The notes under the pieces: model-generated
What the model was told of the DNA's origin: nothing
The model's database searches: none
The model's input: the letters and a program-made list of their open reading frames with translations, nothing else
Program-made: the position numbers and the translations under genes
From: Octopus sinensis
Lineage: Eukaryota
DNA: 64,000 nucleotides
Reading direction: 5' to 3'
Assembly (NCBI RefSeq): GCF_006345805.1
Contig: NC_043015.1
Span: 22,506,001 to 22,570,000, forward strand
Part shown: positions 27,622-41,729 of the stretch, piece after piece
How positions within the stretch are numbered: position 1 is the stretch's first letter
Layout of the letters: every line of letters starts with the position of its first letter

Positions 27622-27671
<50 letters not shown>

Positions 27672-28099
27672 TGAAGACACTTGATTATGTAATCTATTAA
27701 CTGTGTGTGACTATGCAATTCTGAAACTTAAATATCTGTGCAATTCTTTGAATATTTTAATTGTTATATTCGTATTAACTATCGATCATCGTAGTATTGA
27801 ATATATTGATTTCTGAGTTAATTATGAATCTGCAAATGTAATGAATTTTAATGATATTTCGCAGTAACACAATTCTCGGGCGATTTAGAAATACAACAGC
27901 CACGCTGCATATGTTTATATGAGCCTTTATATATATATATATATACATGTATATCTTTGTAAGTACATTATATGTACCTATATCTATATCTATTTTTCTA
28001 TATCAGCAACAACAACGACAACACAAACAACTATAATACTAACAATAATAATGATCAATACGAAATGGCGTAGCATCACCTATAATTTTTCATATTTAT

Positions 28100-29150
28100 A
28101 TATATACATTTTTACATAGACCTACACATGTTTCGAAGGCACCGATATTAACCGTTGCAGTTACAACCCCGCGCCCATAATACCGGTTGAGTCTCTTCAG
28201 GGTCTTTAGTTAATATTTTTCGATTTAACTATTAAAAGTTTTTCGTTTATCTACTCTGTGTTATATGATGTTCGTTAAATTAGGCGCGAAAAATCTTCAG
28301 TTCAAGTTTAGATTGGATAATCACTCCTCGTCCATTATTTCAAAACATTCTGCTGTTTAAATGTTTCTTATTCATTTATACTGGGCGAATGTAAATTTCT
28401 TCATGTGCAAGCATCTCAAAGCTTGTTCCTCCGTAAAATTCATTGCATCACCCTTAAATGCAAACACCTGGTAACATTCTTGTAAACATGAATCACATTT
28501 TTAGTTCCAGGCCTGTATGATTTCGCGTTACAAATTAATTCCCGATTCACTGTATAGGCTTTGTTTCTGTCTTTAATAGAGAAGATTGATTTATTAAGAT
28601 ATGTTCGGAATCTTTTATTTTCATCTCTAATGAACTCAAATGTTTGGCCAGTCTCCACTTGAAAATTAATGAAAATTAATAAAAGTATTCATTACCTTCA
28701 GATGTAACTTAACATTTACATATCACATTTCTAGTCGTATATTTAGTTTTCATTCAACAGGATTCCCGTTTAGAAGAATTGCGAATACAAGTTTTTAATA
28801 TTTTTCTCAGATTTAGTTTCAATTTGATAAATTCATGGTGGAATCAAATTTATTTCCAGCAAGTACTTTATCACTATTTGATAACTTTACCTTTGTTCTA
28901 TTTCGGGCTGAACTTAAATTTGATTTAACGTTTTTAACTATGTTAATTTGGGCTGTTTCCCTTTTAGCAACTTTTAAATTCTTAGCGTTCTCTACTATCT
29001 CAGTTCTTTGTTTCATTTCGCTTGACATTATTGCGCTTAGTATTTACTATGCTACTCTGATTATTATAGTCACTAAATGTAATTGTACGTGCCGAAGTTC
29101 CTAAATTTCTAGAAATAAATGTTATATATATAGTTCCCAGATGAGATCCA
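28100..29150 (-). mobile_element. Penelope-like element 3' remnant (post-RT linker, GIY-YIG endonuclease, 3' pLTR with HHR)
   Basis: Across frameshifts: NRTKVKLSNS (linker), NVICKC*VTSEGNEYFY...FKWRLAKHLSS, SIKDRNKAYTVNRELICNAKSYRPGTK-CDSCLQE...CLHMKKF. Same architecture as 11250-12270. Confidence 0.75.
28118..28205 (-). ncRNA. Type I hammerhead ribozyme, PLE-associated, long stem II
   Basis: AGACC-CUGAAGA-G[...ACCGGUAUUA...UAAUAUCGGU...]C-GAAA-CAUGUG-UA-GGUCU. 5-bp stem I, canonical G10.1-C11.1, self-complementary stem III, GUA cleavage triplet. Confidence 0.72.
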
Positions 29151-29442
29151 GATATATTCGGCATAGACGACACCAGTGCTTAAAAAGTTTTAAACTTAGA
29201 TTCCGTTGTCATTACAAGGAATCATTCCACAAAGTAAAGAAAGTCTATAAGAGGGATCAGGTAGAGCGTGTTTAGAAGGAATTATGGTGATAATTAAATG
29301 CGACACATCAAATATATTAAATATATTAAATACATCAAATACGAAATGTGTATACATGCAAAAAGAAAGGAAGCAAAAAGTGGAAATATTCAGAAGAGGA
29401 AATATGAATTTATATGTATATGAATATATGTATATATATATG

Positions 29443-29475
<33 letters not shown>

Positions 29476-29476
29476 T

Positions 29477-29544
<68 letters not shown>

Positions 29545-29589
29545 ATATACAAATAAGTTCAACTTAGAATACAAATGACAGAGAAATTG

Positions 29590-30420
29590 AAAGGGGTGGA
29601 ATAAAGGTATTAGAAATCGAACAGCTGTTTCTAGGTGCTCAGCGATCCATAATAATGTTGTCAAATTAAGGGCATCACAAAATAATGCCCTATGCGTTTA
29701 AGATAGCAGGAGAAGAGATGATCTTAATGCAGAGAAGTTCAATTATGGAATGATTAAATGTGGAGCACTAAGTCCATTAGAGTGAGACCGTGGGGCATTA
29801 AGACAGGGAGTGATGATAGGAGAAAATATAGGTGAAGAAGAGTGATGGGTTAATAACGAAGTTAGTAAGAGAGTATTAATAGAGGCGTGGAGTAGGAAAG
29901 TAAATAGGAGGGTTGAGTGGATGGTACACGATTGGCAGTCATGAAAGCTTTAGAATTATTGGTTGAGATAATGGTAAAAGGAATGGCAATTATTTGAGTG
30001 AAGGAATGTGTCAAGTTCAGAGGGAGAGGGAGATTGCTATGGTATGTAGAAAGGTATGAGAGAAGATAGAAGTGGTGAACAGAGTGGTGGGGTGAGTTGG
30101 TGGTCAAGGTAGCAGTGATTAGTGGCATAATATGTGGGCTGGTATTGGAGGGGGAGTAGAGGGGTATGCAAAGGTGTATGAAATTGAACAGACAGAATTG
30201 AATCGGAATAGGAGAGGGGTTGACAGGTTAATATCGAAATGAATTGGGTAGCATAAAGTGCTTTTGGTTCAGGAGAAGAAATGAGAGGAGGCCACTTGTG
30301 AGGGTGGGGAGGCTATGAGGGAGGTGGGATGTAATGGGGCAGAGGAATTTGCAAATGTGTCAATGAGAAAGAATATTTTTACTAGGAAAATGTATTATTT
30401 GAGGTAGTAAGTTGCTTGGC
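29590..30420 (-). mobile_element. Highly degenerate retroelement remnant ending in an HHR-like motif (29614-29648)
   Basis: Strong purine/pyrimidine strand skew with no clean ORF. 3' motif GGAUCG-CUGAGCA-CCUA-GAAA-CAGCUG-UU-CGAUUU. Confidence 0.3.
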
Positions 30421-30494
30421 TGACCTTGTCATACCTCGAGGTTAATTTTGGGATTACATAGATTTAATAATGTGCGCAAGTGGTGTGATTTGAT

Positions 30495-30570
30495 TTGATT
30501 TTTTTGTTTCAGCTCATGAGCTGTGGCCATGCTGGGGCACCGCCATTTTGCTGGGGTACCGCCATTTGTG
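30495..30570 (-). mobile_element. Orphan CR1-type 3' tail
   Basis: GGCGGTGCCCCAGCATGGCCACAGCTCATGAGCTGAAAC matches the LINE tail at 9495-9537 except the 4-nt loop. Confidence 0.75.
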
Positions 30571-31335
30571 TGTAGTATTTCTTTGAAAATTGGCTGTTCA
30601 CACCATTGCGATCTTACTCTCATACAAATAAAGACACCTACGTACATTTATTTAAGTATACATTTAATGTAGGAATAATAAAAGTATACACTTTTTTCTG
30701 TTGACAGAAAGAGGAAACATTGACATATTCGTCAATACATGTTAATGCTACTTTTAACTTGTTTTTACCCAGTCATCTTTTATTTAATCTTTCTGGGGAA
30801 ACAGGCTACGGTGTGTTTGAATCTTTTGTAATTATCGAATCATTCCGTATTTGATGATTATCAATCGATATTATATTCACGAGTTGATCGTTGACCATTT
30901 TTTGATAGACTTTGAAATACAATTAAGAATTTTACTTCGTCGCAATCACTTTCAATTTACAAACAGTATGAATTGAGCCGTAGAGATTTAAATTCTAGAT
31001 AAGGAAAATGAATCACTGCTTTTTATCCGCTTGTACCAATTAACCTAATCTTTGCAAACGAGCAAATGAGCATCACTTATCCTGCTTGGAGTTACACTCA
31101 AATATCCTTCAAAAGAAACCATACTCTATTCGATAAAAAAGAAAATATATTGTTTTATCATGCATAACCAGATACATACACACACAAACGCTCAGATTGA
31201 TAAAGAAAGAAATTATCATATCAGAAGCACATTTGATCCTAAATATTTTCTATAAAGGCTTTTATTGGAATAAAAAAAACAAAACATCTGTAACTGCGAA
31301 GTACTATGTAATGATTAACGGATGTTCATATTACA

Positions 31336-32605
31336 CAGGGTGGGGCACAGAGGAAGGAAGTTTTTGAAAAAGTTCACAAAATCATTAATTTTGGCTTCAA
31401 ACAAATTGTGTTGACATCAATGTATTCGTATTGAATTAGTATTTGTCAAATTTAGTGTGGAAAGCGACATCCATCCACTGCTGTCCGTTTCCACTGATGC
31501 ATTTATGAAAGCGTTCTTGAAAGTTAGCCTCCACTCTCTAGCTTTGCTCTGTCGACTTGGTAAACTTCCACGCTAATATCTTCCTTCAAATCGCCCAAAG
31601 GAAAGGGTTTATGAACATACACAAGTGTCTTGCGGTTTCCCACAAGAAATACTCACTCGTGGACAAATCAGGGGACTGAGGGGTCAAGGAATGTCAGCAA
31701 ACCAGGAAATGAGGTGATCACCAAAGAGAGGGCGAAGAACGTCCATCGATTGGCTGTGTGGGCCGTTGCCCCCATCCTGCTGAAACCACACACATCGAAT
31801 AGGCATAAGATTTCGTTGCAATTCAGGAACAAGGAACTTGTTTATCATTTCGAAGTAACGCGTGGACTTCACAGTAATAGCATTTCCATTATTGTCTTGA
31901 AAAACGTGACTAACAATGGTGGCAGATCTTCCAACAGCACACCAGACCGTCACGTCTGTCCTGTGCAGTGGTTTTTCGTGCAGTTCTTTTGGATTTTCAA
32001 GAGAGCCCAATAACGATAGTTCGTTTGATTCACAATGCCAATGTGATGAAAATGATCTTCATCAGTCATTAACAAAATGAGGTTGTCATTTGCTTCAAAT
32101 ATCACTTCCATCTGACACAAAGTTAAGCTGATGTGCATAGTCCGATGGTTTCAACTGTTGCCTGTTGACTAATTTGTACGGGTGGAAATGTAGGTCTTAC
32201 CAATCGGTTACCGATGACAATTTCAGTGGAACGCCTCCATGCAGACCGAGTGAGACTCTGTATCAAAGCTTGTCTGACGCGTTCCAACTCTTCCGGGTTC
32301 CGTACCGTTCGTCTCCTATTCATTAGAGTACTTCGTGTGCGAAGTGCATTCAACCGACGTAAGATTGTGTTATGGGTTGGAATAGCCTGATTTCGGTGAA
32401 TGTTCAAGCCTGCTGTGAACTTGTTATTCTTCACCCAACTGTCGCATGCAAAGACGCAATGCTCTATCGTCCACAGCGCTAGGGCTTCACTTAAAAATAT
32501 ATGCTAAGACACCACGGTCTAAATGGTACCTATTGGACATATACCCTCTCCATGGGGCTGAGAAATAGCCATTTCAAAAATGTCTGTCTTCTGTGCCCCA
32601 CTCTG
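31336..32605 (-). mobile_element. Tc1/mariner DD41D (rosa/VS-like) transposon, degenerate
   Basis: TIRs CAG(G/A)GTGGGGCACAGA...TTTTTGAAA with TA at the right end. Motifs: LMTDEDHFH..G.VNQTNYRYW, VTVWCAV, WFQQDG, DHLISWFADIP. Confidence 0.8.
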
Positions 32606-33128
32606 TACTTGTTGGCACGGATATATTATATTGTAACTGATGCCAGGTATAATGTCATAATATTTTACAGTTGGGTTTTAATAATAACATGTCAATTAAA
32701 TCGTAATACGACTTGACAGATTTGAACATGGATATGCTGACGGCTGTTGTATTTCTTCTTCAGAGCAAATTCCTTTCAATTAGAGGATGTTTGTTCGTAA
32801 CACGTGCGTAGGTGAATCTCGTATGATATAAAATCTCTGGAGATAAATGCATCAGCGATCAGCATATTCCCGTTAGAATATGTCAGAACGTAATTAAGAA
32901 TGAATAGATACGATATTAGGACTTGGATTCTTGCTGTTTCGTGTGTATCCAATGAATTTTATTTGTTTTTAATCTTATTTGTAAAGGGCATGAAGAATGA
33001 AGAGGAGGGGGAATGCGAATCCCGGAGCACGAATGCCGCAAACAAATTTGTCGCAGTCTCTGTGTGATCAATCAGTACTTTCTTGAAAGTTATTCCGCCC
33101 AGAAACATCTCACCTTTTTAGTATAAGG

Positions 33129-33462
33129 AGAAATATATAACTTTTCATCGCGTAAGTACCGATAGAATAGCAAATAGGAGAAAATCCTTACAGAGCAGAA
33201 AAATCTGTCAGCAACCAGCCATGAGAATCGAACTCATAACCCTTTGATTTTCGGTCAAGTGCTCTACTATTCAAATAAACTGTTGCAGAAGAGTTTGTCA
33301 GTAAAGCTGATTTTTGTAATGGTAGAGCACTTTACTGGAAATCAAAGGGATGTGAGTTCGATTCTCATGGCTAGTCGCTGATAGGTCTTTTTGCTTTGTA
33401 AGGATTTTATCTTATTTATGCTGTTCTATCAATATTCACGCATTGAGAAAATATATCTTTCT
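33129..33462. repeat. Head-to-head inverted pair of tRNA-derived sequences (~140-bp arms, ~47-bp spacer)
   Basis: Both arms read (G/A)GTAGAGCAC...TT(G/T)AC-loop-TCAA...GAGTTCGATTCTCATGGCT plus a shared ~90-bp non-tRNA body. Confidence 0.75.
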
Positions 33463-35993
33463 AATTGTGCTACAATACATTTCGGTGCTTCAAAAACAAG
33501 CTTATGTTTGTTTACATATGACGTAATCTCAACTTTTTGTTTTCATTCCGTTTTGGAGTACACAGCTCATCAACTTTATTTTCTAAGAATTGCTACAGTG
33601 CGTAGTCGGTGGAAGAGTTTAGTTTCTGTTTGTAGTATAAGTTGACTGATTTTATTGAAGCCCCCTCACTTCCCTTTGAATACAAATACAAACGATCAAA
33701 AAATTCAGTTGATAGTGTGTATGATATTCTAATTTCAATATGGATATCGATTGTGACTTCACTCTTGATATTTACTCCCTAGTCACTAGCATCGGAAAGA
33801 AAAAATAAATGCCGGTACCTGTGTAGCTGATTCATTCCACCTCTAAACTCCTGCTGGTTTGCCGCTTTTCCCATCCGCAGTTTTGATTCTGGTATTTCTA
33901 ATGTCATTACAGTTATTCTTGCATCAAACTTATACACAAAATCTTTGCGCAGTCTACGTTTTGCCGTTCATTAGTTTCTGTTACTTATGTTCAGCTGAAT
34001 GATATTTTCTTTGGTGTGAATTTCTCTTCATTACTCTCTCCTTTAGTCTGGAAGATATTTACACATGCAAGCACACATATATATAAAGCAGCATGGGTAT
34101 AATTTCATACCAGTGACTCCAACAATTATTTTTCTTATTTGGGTCAAATATAATTCGTGACATATTTTCTGTCGGATGTCGCATCTTGCGACATTTCTTA
34201 ATGCGCTCCTTGCCATTTTCATTAATGAAACGTTGGTCATGTCCCATATTAGCCAAGTGACGGATAGCTCTAGAATCCAAACTTGCTATACAGTTTGTTT
34301 CAACTAGAAATCTTAACACTATTATATTGACATTTGAAAGAAATATGCTTTCTGTAATGCTGTCTTTCTACCATCATTAATTTCTTCTCTGTACAACAAT
34401 CTTGGTTAAAAATACGGTAAATTGCTAGACACAGTGGATTTAGTCTATGACTTGCGGTCGGGTTACTTTATTTAACCATATAAACTTGCACAAACGTATC
34501 GTCAGACTCTTAAGGCTCCTGCATTTTCCTTTCAACACACGACAGTGTATACTCTACATATGCTGTATTTGAAATAAATTATACACAGACACTCCCTGTT
34601 ACTTGCATTCATTCGCTTCTCTTATGATAAACGTATTGCTAAGGAATGTCTTTAACAGATCGCTTTCTAGATGTAAACTCATAGCAATCTCCATTCTGAG
34701 CATTTCAATTTGGTAATCCTTGAAAAAGGTAGCGATGGACGTCTACACAACTTTCTTACCATATCTGTTGAATTATATCCCAACCAATTAGTTTAGATGG
34801 CGGATATGCTTTGTGTTTTCATCTCTTCGAAGTTTTTTTCTGTGGCCATAAAACTCTTGAATTTTTCGGAATCATCTTTTTCAGTGCCAGTCGCTGTGGC
34901 ATTTTAGCTTGAGATGCAAACAATAATATTTCATTGTCTGCAACCAACATTTTTATCACATCTAATTTCACTATATATATGTTAGAGTTAATATGAGAAA
35001 CATTGAGCTTCTACTTATAGCAACTGAAACAGTCAATTACATTCAGACTTTGAATTTACCTTTGCGATAAAATGACAAATGTTGTGCTGCCATTTCTTAC
35101 AAGATTTCATGATATTTTAATAATACGAACATCCGAGCGATTTTTCTGAAACACAACATACACACACATCAACGCACACACGCAAATTCATGCACGCATA
35201 CACAAGACACACACACTCCTAATTGTAAATCTAAACTTCTCTATCTAATGGGACAATGCGCCTCAATATTTTCCTCTTTACCCAGCATCGGAAGAACATA
35301 ATAAATTCATATCTTGGAACTAGTCATTTCTTCGCAGAATTTCGTTCTACATCTGCGTATATTTGTGTTGCATTGCTTAAGTTTTACTTCAAATTTAACA
35401 AACGAATAGGTCTTGATTTCTCTGCTAGAGTATTCATCCCAATATAAATTTGAAAAGAATAGATAGAATGGTCTTGTTGGCATCTATTGTTTGACATCAA
35501 AGGTCCTCTGAATTGTAGCAAATAACGTATGACCAAATATGCTCCAGCTAAGGCAAATAAATGCATGCTTAATATATATTTCAATGTTGTATATTATCTA
35601 CTGAATTTGTAGCCATATCTTACAGATACTTTGTGGACATCGTGCAAGAATTTCAGTAGATTTATTTCGCATATGAAAATACTGCGAATTAAGTTAACAC
35701 AAAGAATTATATCAAATCAATTACAGAATATCAAAATATCATGTATATCATTCCACACTACTCCGGTACATGTATAAATCATTACAAATATATGAAGTTT
35801 GATTAATGATTGAATAAACTCCATTAAACATAAAAAAATATCTTAGGTATATATTTCAAATTCCCGCTTTTCAGTTCCTGTTCAACATTAATTATTGAAC
35901 GTTTTGTGGTGAAATGAAGTAACTTATTAAATTCCAGTGGGGAGGAAATGCACCTCGACTATTTGAATTTTAAATCTCTGCTATTACAGATAT

Positions 35994-36105
<112 letters not shown>

Positions 36106-36120
36106 ATGTATATATATATG

Positions 36121-36187
<67 letters not shown>

Positions 36188-36215
36188 TATATATGTATAT
36201 ATATAGGTATGTATA

Positions 36216-36254
<39 letters not shown>

Positions 36255-39065
36255 GTATATTTCTATCTATCTATATATGTGTGCATGTGTATGTATATAG
36301 ACATATATCTATAAACACACACACATATATATATATATAAACAAGTAGAGAGAGTGAAGGAGAGAGAGATCAGTGTTAGATAAATATAATTTGACAGATA
36401 TATACAGAGATACATATTTATACATGTTTATATACGTATGTATATATAGATGCATCGAAACATATATATATATATATATGCCTACGTACACACATAAATA
36501 CGAATATATACACGTGAATATATATCAGTTCATACAGTTTTATTGATACATAATTCATACATACACATACTCGCATACATTGTTTACGCTTCCTTACACG
36601 TGTACATATGCGATAAGTATTGCGTGTGTTACATCCAGACAATTTATCGCAATCATGGTATTGGGTGCATTTTAGCCATTAATATTTTAACGATTTTTAA
36701 AATATATTTTAACTATATTTTCTGCAAATATTATTGCAATTCGGATTTTCATTTAAAGAAAATTAAATAGAAAATCTCAATGGACTTTCCTGACCAATAA
36801 AATAAATGCAATGAGAATTTTGCGCATATCTTATTTAACGATAAAGGCATTTGGATAAATGTTTACGAAAATCTCTCACAAAAATCTACACTTACTGAAC
36901 TGCCAATTAATCGATTGCAACTTATATAAACAATTTCAATTTTGACTTGACATACGATATTGAAACGAATTAATCTTTGGTATTTATTCCAAACCCTGCC
37001 TTTATTTTTTAAATTCTTCAATATCATATTTCGAATTATGTTATGAAGATTCATGGTTTATAAAAGAACGTTAGAATTGTAAACATTAGTGTATTTGTGA
37101 TATATATCTGGTGTTGAGTAATCGATCCATTCGTACTAGTCTTAAAGGATCGTTATGGCTAGAGGTAACCGTATCTTCGAATGGCTCGCAGTGTTTCGCT
37201 ATCAGTCTGGACAAACCATTTCCATGCCTTAGTTTTTTCGACGTAAATATCACATTTTGTATTCAGAATTCAAAAATGTAGTGCCTCATCGCTGCAGTCT
37301 ATTCGCTTTGTCAGCTCATATTCCTTTTGTACAACTGTATATTGGTAGTAGTGGGCGATGATCCGTTTGTAGACACAAAATTCATCTATGAATAAAGATA
37401 TAAATTTTTTTTTACACCGAATATGATTGCCAACGCTCCCTTTACTTTTTGACTATAGTTCCTTTCTGCTGGTTATAACGATAGTGACACATATGCCGTG
37501 AAGATCACAGGGTGAACCCCAAACGACAAAAAATATCAACTGGAAACAGATTGAAAAATATTTAAAACAGGGAGATACAAATAAATATGATAGGTACCTT
37601 GAAGCAAAGATTTACCAACACCATTCCCAAACAGCAGCTACACAGTCACTAGCAACATCGCCATCCCCATTCCCATCGCCACTACCGCTGAAAACTCAGA
37701 CACTTTTATTATAATCCCAGCCAAATTCATGCACACACCGATAGTGAGAAACGTACACCAACACACAAAAATAAAATAAATAGCATTAAGAACACAGCTT
37801 TAAACACAATCATTAAGATAAACAAACGGGTGTAATACACCCAAGTACAACTCTCAAATACACTAGCTCCATTGTATGAAGGAATCGTATTCCAACAAAC
37901 GTAAAAGTCATTTGTATATCACAACACACAAACATTTCATAAATATATACCCCAAATGGAGCTAGGGGATACAGAGTGCCTCTGCATAAAACTATGAAGA
38001 AATGGCTGTTGTAACATGCACAAGTAAACTGAACGTGGATCAAGGTAGATGATTATTTCACAAGCACTATTTGTCCGCGAGAGATTTTCACGAATTTGAA
38101 CTTTATTGAAAGTAAAACAGACTTCTGTTTTCATTATTTTATTTGTCAGGTTTCAGTGCTAACTTGACAATTTTACATTACGAATAAGTGCTGCACACTT
38201 TTCACCACACGATTTTCATTTTTTTTTTTCTTAGCCAATAAAAAATTTCCTTTAAATGATTTGATTGTATGTGTGCAGCAGATGATGGTGAGTGGCAATA
38301 ACTCATTTGTTTTAGTTTCGTAATCACATTTTAGATTTCTTTCCAAATACAATTATTACAATTATTTTATAATTATACATAATAATATAATTATTATATA
38401 ATTATAGTATAATAATATGATTATAATATAAAATGTATAAAGAATTGTGCTGGGCTTTGCTTGTTGAATGATTCAAAAGAAACATAACCGCTATATTTTT
38501 CCGTCAGCTAAGCAGGACGTGTAGTTTCTGACCTACAAAGTATACAATAATGTTTTACAAACATGTCGATGTTGATCCTTAGCGAAATATTCAATTTTGC
38601 GATGTTAAGCGCTCATTAAATATATCCATTAAATATACGGTCTCCCCGAATTATAGGTATCACACTGGTGCACTGTATGACTCTTAAAAGGGTCTTTATG
38701 ATTCTATGAATAAAGATAAGCAATTATTGACTTACAGGACACAAGTACTAAAGTACGTTTTAAATGAAGCAGTCATGGTTTTTGAGACAATGGAATTTGG
38801 AATAATGGCCATATGAGGCAGTGTACTACTAACAAGTATCTGCTTTTCTCTATTTCTTTCTTTATGTCTCCCTCTCTCTCTCTCCCTCTTTCTCTATTTC
38901 ACATACACACATACTGTACTTAAAGTATATTTTAAAAACGTATTTTCCAGTACAAAGTACTAGCCCCTAATTTTTTCACATCAATGTATGAAATCTAATT
39001 TTTTTCCATGCGAGTACAATACAATTTCCCAATATTTTCAGCAATATTGCTGTTAAATTCCTCGC

Positions 39066-39098
<33 letters not shown>

Positions 39099-39855
39099 AA
39101 GAGTGCGAGAGAGAAATATACACATATAAAACATATAGTAGAAACACCCTTGGTTATTTTTCTGTCCGTGTCACTTTCAGTTGGATGCAAAGTATTCTAG
39201 AATTAATTTGAAAAGGATGATATACCCTAGCACTTATTTGAATATGTGATTCTGAGGTGATAAAAATGCATCTAACCTGTCCCAGATAACATCAGAACGA
39301 ACAAACCATTCAGCTCGCACTCGTTCCCAACCTGTATATTACTAATTGTGGATTTACTTGGAACATATTTTATCAAATGGTACACATACACGATTAACAA
39401 CGACGTCATGCGTGGACAATACGCCACAATTTTCTGTGTACTATATCCAATTTCATCTGACAAGAACAAATATGCTGTGATTTGGATATATTCAAAAGTT
39501 TGAAGACCGAGTAATTCCCCACGCCTTCAGCAACATTAGGGGAACTATTTATAGTTTGTACTCCAGTTAACGGTTGTGACTTCACAGATGCTGAATGAGC
39601 TTACTCCATGCAATCTGCAAGATTTAGTAGATACTACAATATATGTTTCGCGATGATGTATTACAAATTAATGTAGAGAATACTATTATGTAACTATTTA
39701 TCAATGTGACTTCACGGTCATGTACATGTCCCCGCTTGTACCACGTAAATCGCACATTGGTTTCTTTTTTATTGCACTTTGCATTTTTCACTTATCAGCT
39801 TTCAAGCCCAACATGATATGTAAAAGGAAACCCTTATTAGTAGAACGAAGGCTCG

Positions 39856-40060
39856 GGCGGTGAGCTGGCAGAATCGTTGGCACGCCAGGCAAAATGCTTA
39901 GATTTATTTCGTTTTTATGTTGTGAGTTCGAATTCTTCCGAGGTCAGCTTTGCCTTTATATCCTTTCGGGATCGATAAAAAAGTACCATTTGAGCACAGG
40001 AGCCGATGTAATCGACTTCTACTTTCCTCCAAAATTGCTGGCCTTGAGCCAAAATTTTAA
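39856..40060 (+). mobile_element. tRNA-derived SINE (family of 41509 and 61379), diverged
   Basis: GGCGGTGAGCTGGCAGAATCGTT...GAGTTCGAATTC (A/B boxes)...GATGTAATCGACT. Confidence 0.85.
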
Positions 40061-40684
40061 AACATTACCATTATTATTAGTGGTGATGGTGGTGGTATGG
40101 TAGTACATTTGAGGTTCTGATATATATATCAGCAAATACTTTTCCGTACATAGGTAAATGCTATATATTTTATAGTGCATTAGATTGCGCCGTCTTCAGT
40201 CCATGCCTTGTGGCCATTTATCAACGTTACAATGATGAAAAACAGACATGTCTATAACGGCCATTCATCTCCTCGTAGCTGAAGAAAAAAGGAAAAAACT
40301 TACCGGATAAGATATTCATTTTGTCGAACTAATCAAATAAAGTCACGTCTTATGTCGACTCTCTTGTAATCCTGATAGGCATGGCTTTATGCCATCCATC
40401 TATGGGGCCCAGAAAAATAATTGGTTCGCGTGATGCACACGGAATTGACAGGTACTTTTCTAAATAAATATAAAACCTTTTCATTTGTAAAATGGTAAAA
40501 CATTATCATAAAACACTGAAAATAGTCCTTGTTCGAGATATGAGAAATAATAAACAATCCGGTGCAATAGACATTGATAGATATTCTGGGTTCAAACTAA
40601 GCTGTCGTCGCTATATTTTGGTGTTTTATAGTTACATGTTTTCTAGCGGGCTGTTCACCGGTTCGTTGACACTCTGACTCCATG

Positions 40685-40685
<1 letters not shown>

Positions 40686-40766
<81 letters not shown>

Positions 40767-40767
40767 T
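40686..40767. repeat. (ATT)n array, tail/target of the R4/Dong LINE
   Basis: Directly visible; abuts the LINE 3' UTR. Confidence 0.95.
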
Positions 40768-41508
40768 ATGTTTGACTTTTGCTTTATATTTGTACAAGTT
40801 GGCTCCAAGTCTCACCCAGAGACCTCAAGAGACAACAGGGTTGGGAGTTCATGTTGTTGTTATGCCTAGTGTGCCATATATTTGGGGGGTGGGGATGTTG
40901 TACTAATGAATGTCTAAAAAAAAAAGTTTTTTTTTTTTTTTTTTTTTAAACCGAAAATTATGTTTGTTTTAAACCTTGAGATTACATAGAGAGTATTTTG
41001 CGTAGGATATGAGCAGTTCCCATGAGCACTATCTTTTGAACTTCTGCCATTTTGGGGTTTCCTGGTATCTGAGTTAGGTGGCAATCAGCCCCTTTTGCTA
41101 TCATTCCCAGGGCACCTATGACAACAGGTGTTATTTTAGTCTTCAGGTTCCACATTTTGCTGATTTCTGTTTCAAGATCTTTATATTTGCTCAGTTTCTG
41201 GTAGGTATTGACAGATGCGTTTATACCGATTGGGACAGTTGTATCAATGAGGAGGCATGTTTTTTGTCTGAAGTCTTTCAAAATGATGTCCGGCCTATTC
41301 GCATCTATCTGTCTGTCAGTTTGAATGGTGAAGTTCCATAGGAGTGAGATGTGGTCATTTTCAAGCACTAGAGGTTGTTTGTGTTCCCACCAGTTTTTAT
41401 CATGGGGCAAGTCCAGGCTTTTGCAAATTACCCAGGGAATATATTGTGCAGCTCTATCATGCCTGTTGAGATGCTCTGTAGGTGCAAGAAGACTGCACTT
41501 GGAGACAA

Positions 41509-41729
41509 CAGAAACGTTAGCACGCCGGGCGAAATGCTTAGTGGCATTTCGTCTGCCGTTACGTTGTGAGTTCAAATTCCGCCGAGGTCGACTTTGCCTT
41601 ACATCCTTTCGGGGTCGATAAATTAAGTACCAGTTACGCACTGGGGTCGATGTAATCGACTTAATACCTATGTCTGTCCTTGTTTGTCCCCTCTGTGTTT
41701 AGCCCCTTGTGGGTAATAAAGAAATAGGT
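41509..41729 (+). mobile_element. tRNA-derived SINE, 5'-truncated, inserted in the LINE zinc-knuckle region
   Basis: Near-identical to 61379-61610. Confidence 0.9.

Noticed and set aside
28658-28695. Apparent GT-AG intron on the - strand between two ORFs
   Set aside because: Only 38 nt, and it translates as part of the GIY-YIG domain (GNEYFY...) across frameshifts.
32735-32772. CUGAAGA-A-GAAA...GUC with 4-bp stem I
   Set aside because: No stem II and no stem III pairing.
37813-38134. Hydrophobic - strand ORFs (76 and 65 aa)
   Set aside because: No recognisable motif, splice signals or homology.
40125-40210. CUGAAGA-C...G-GAAA on the - strand
   Set aside because: No U16.1/H17 in register and no stem I.
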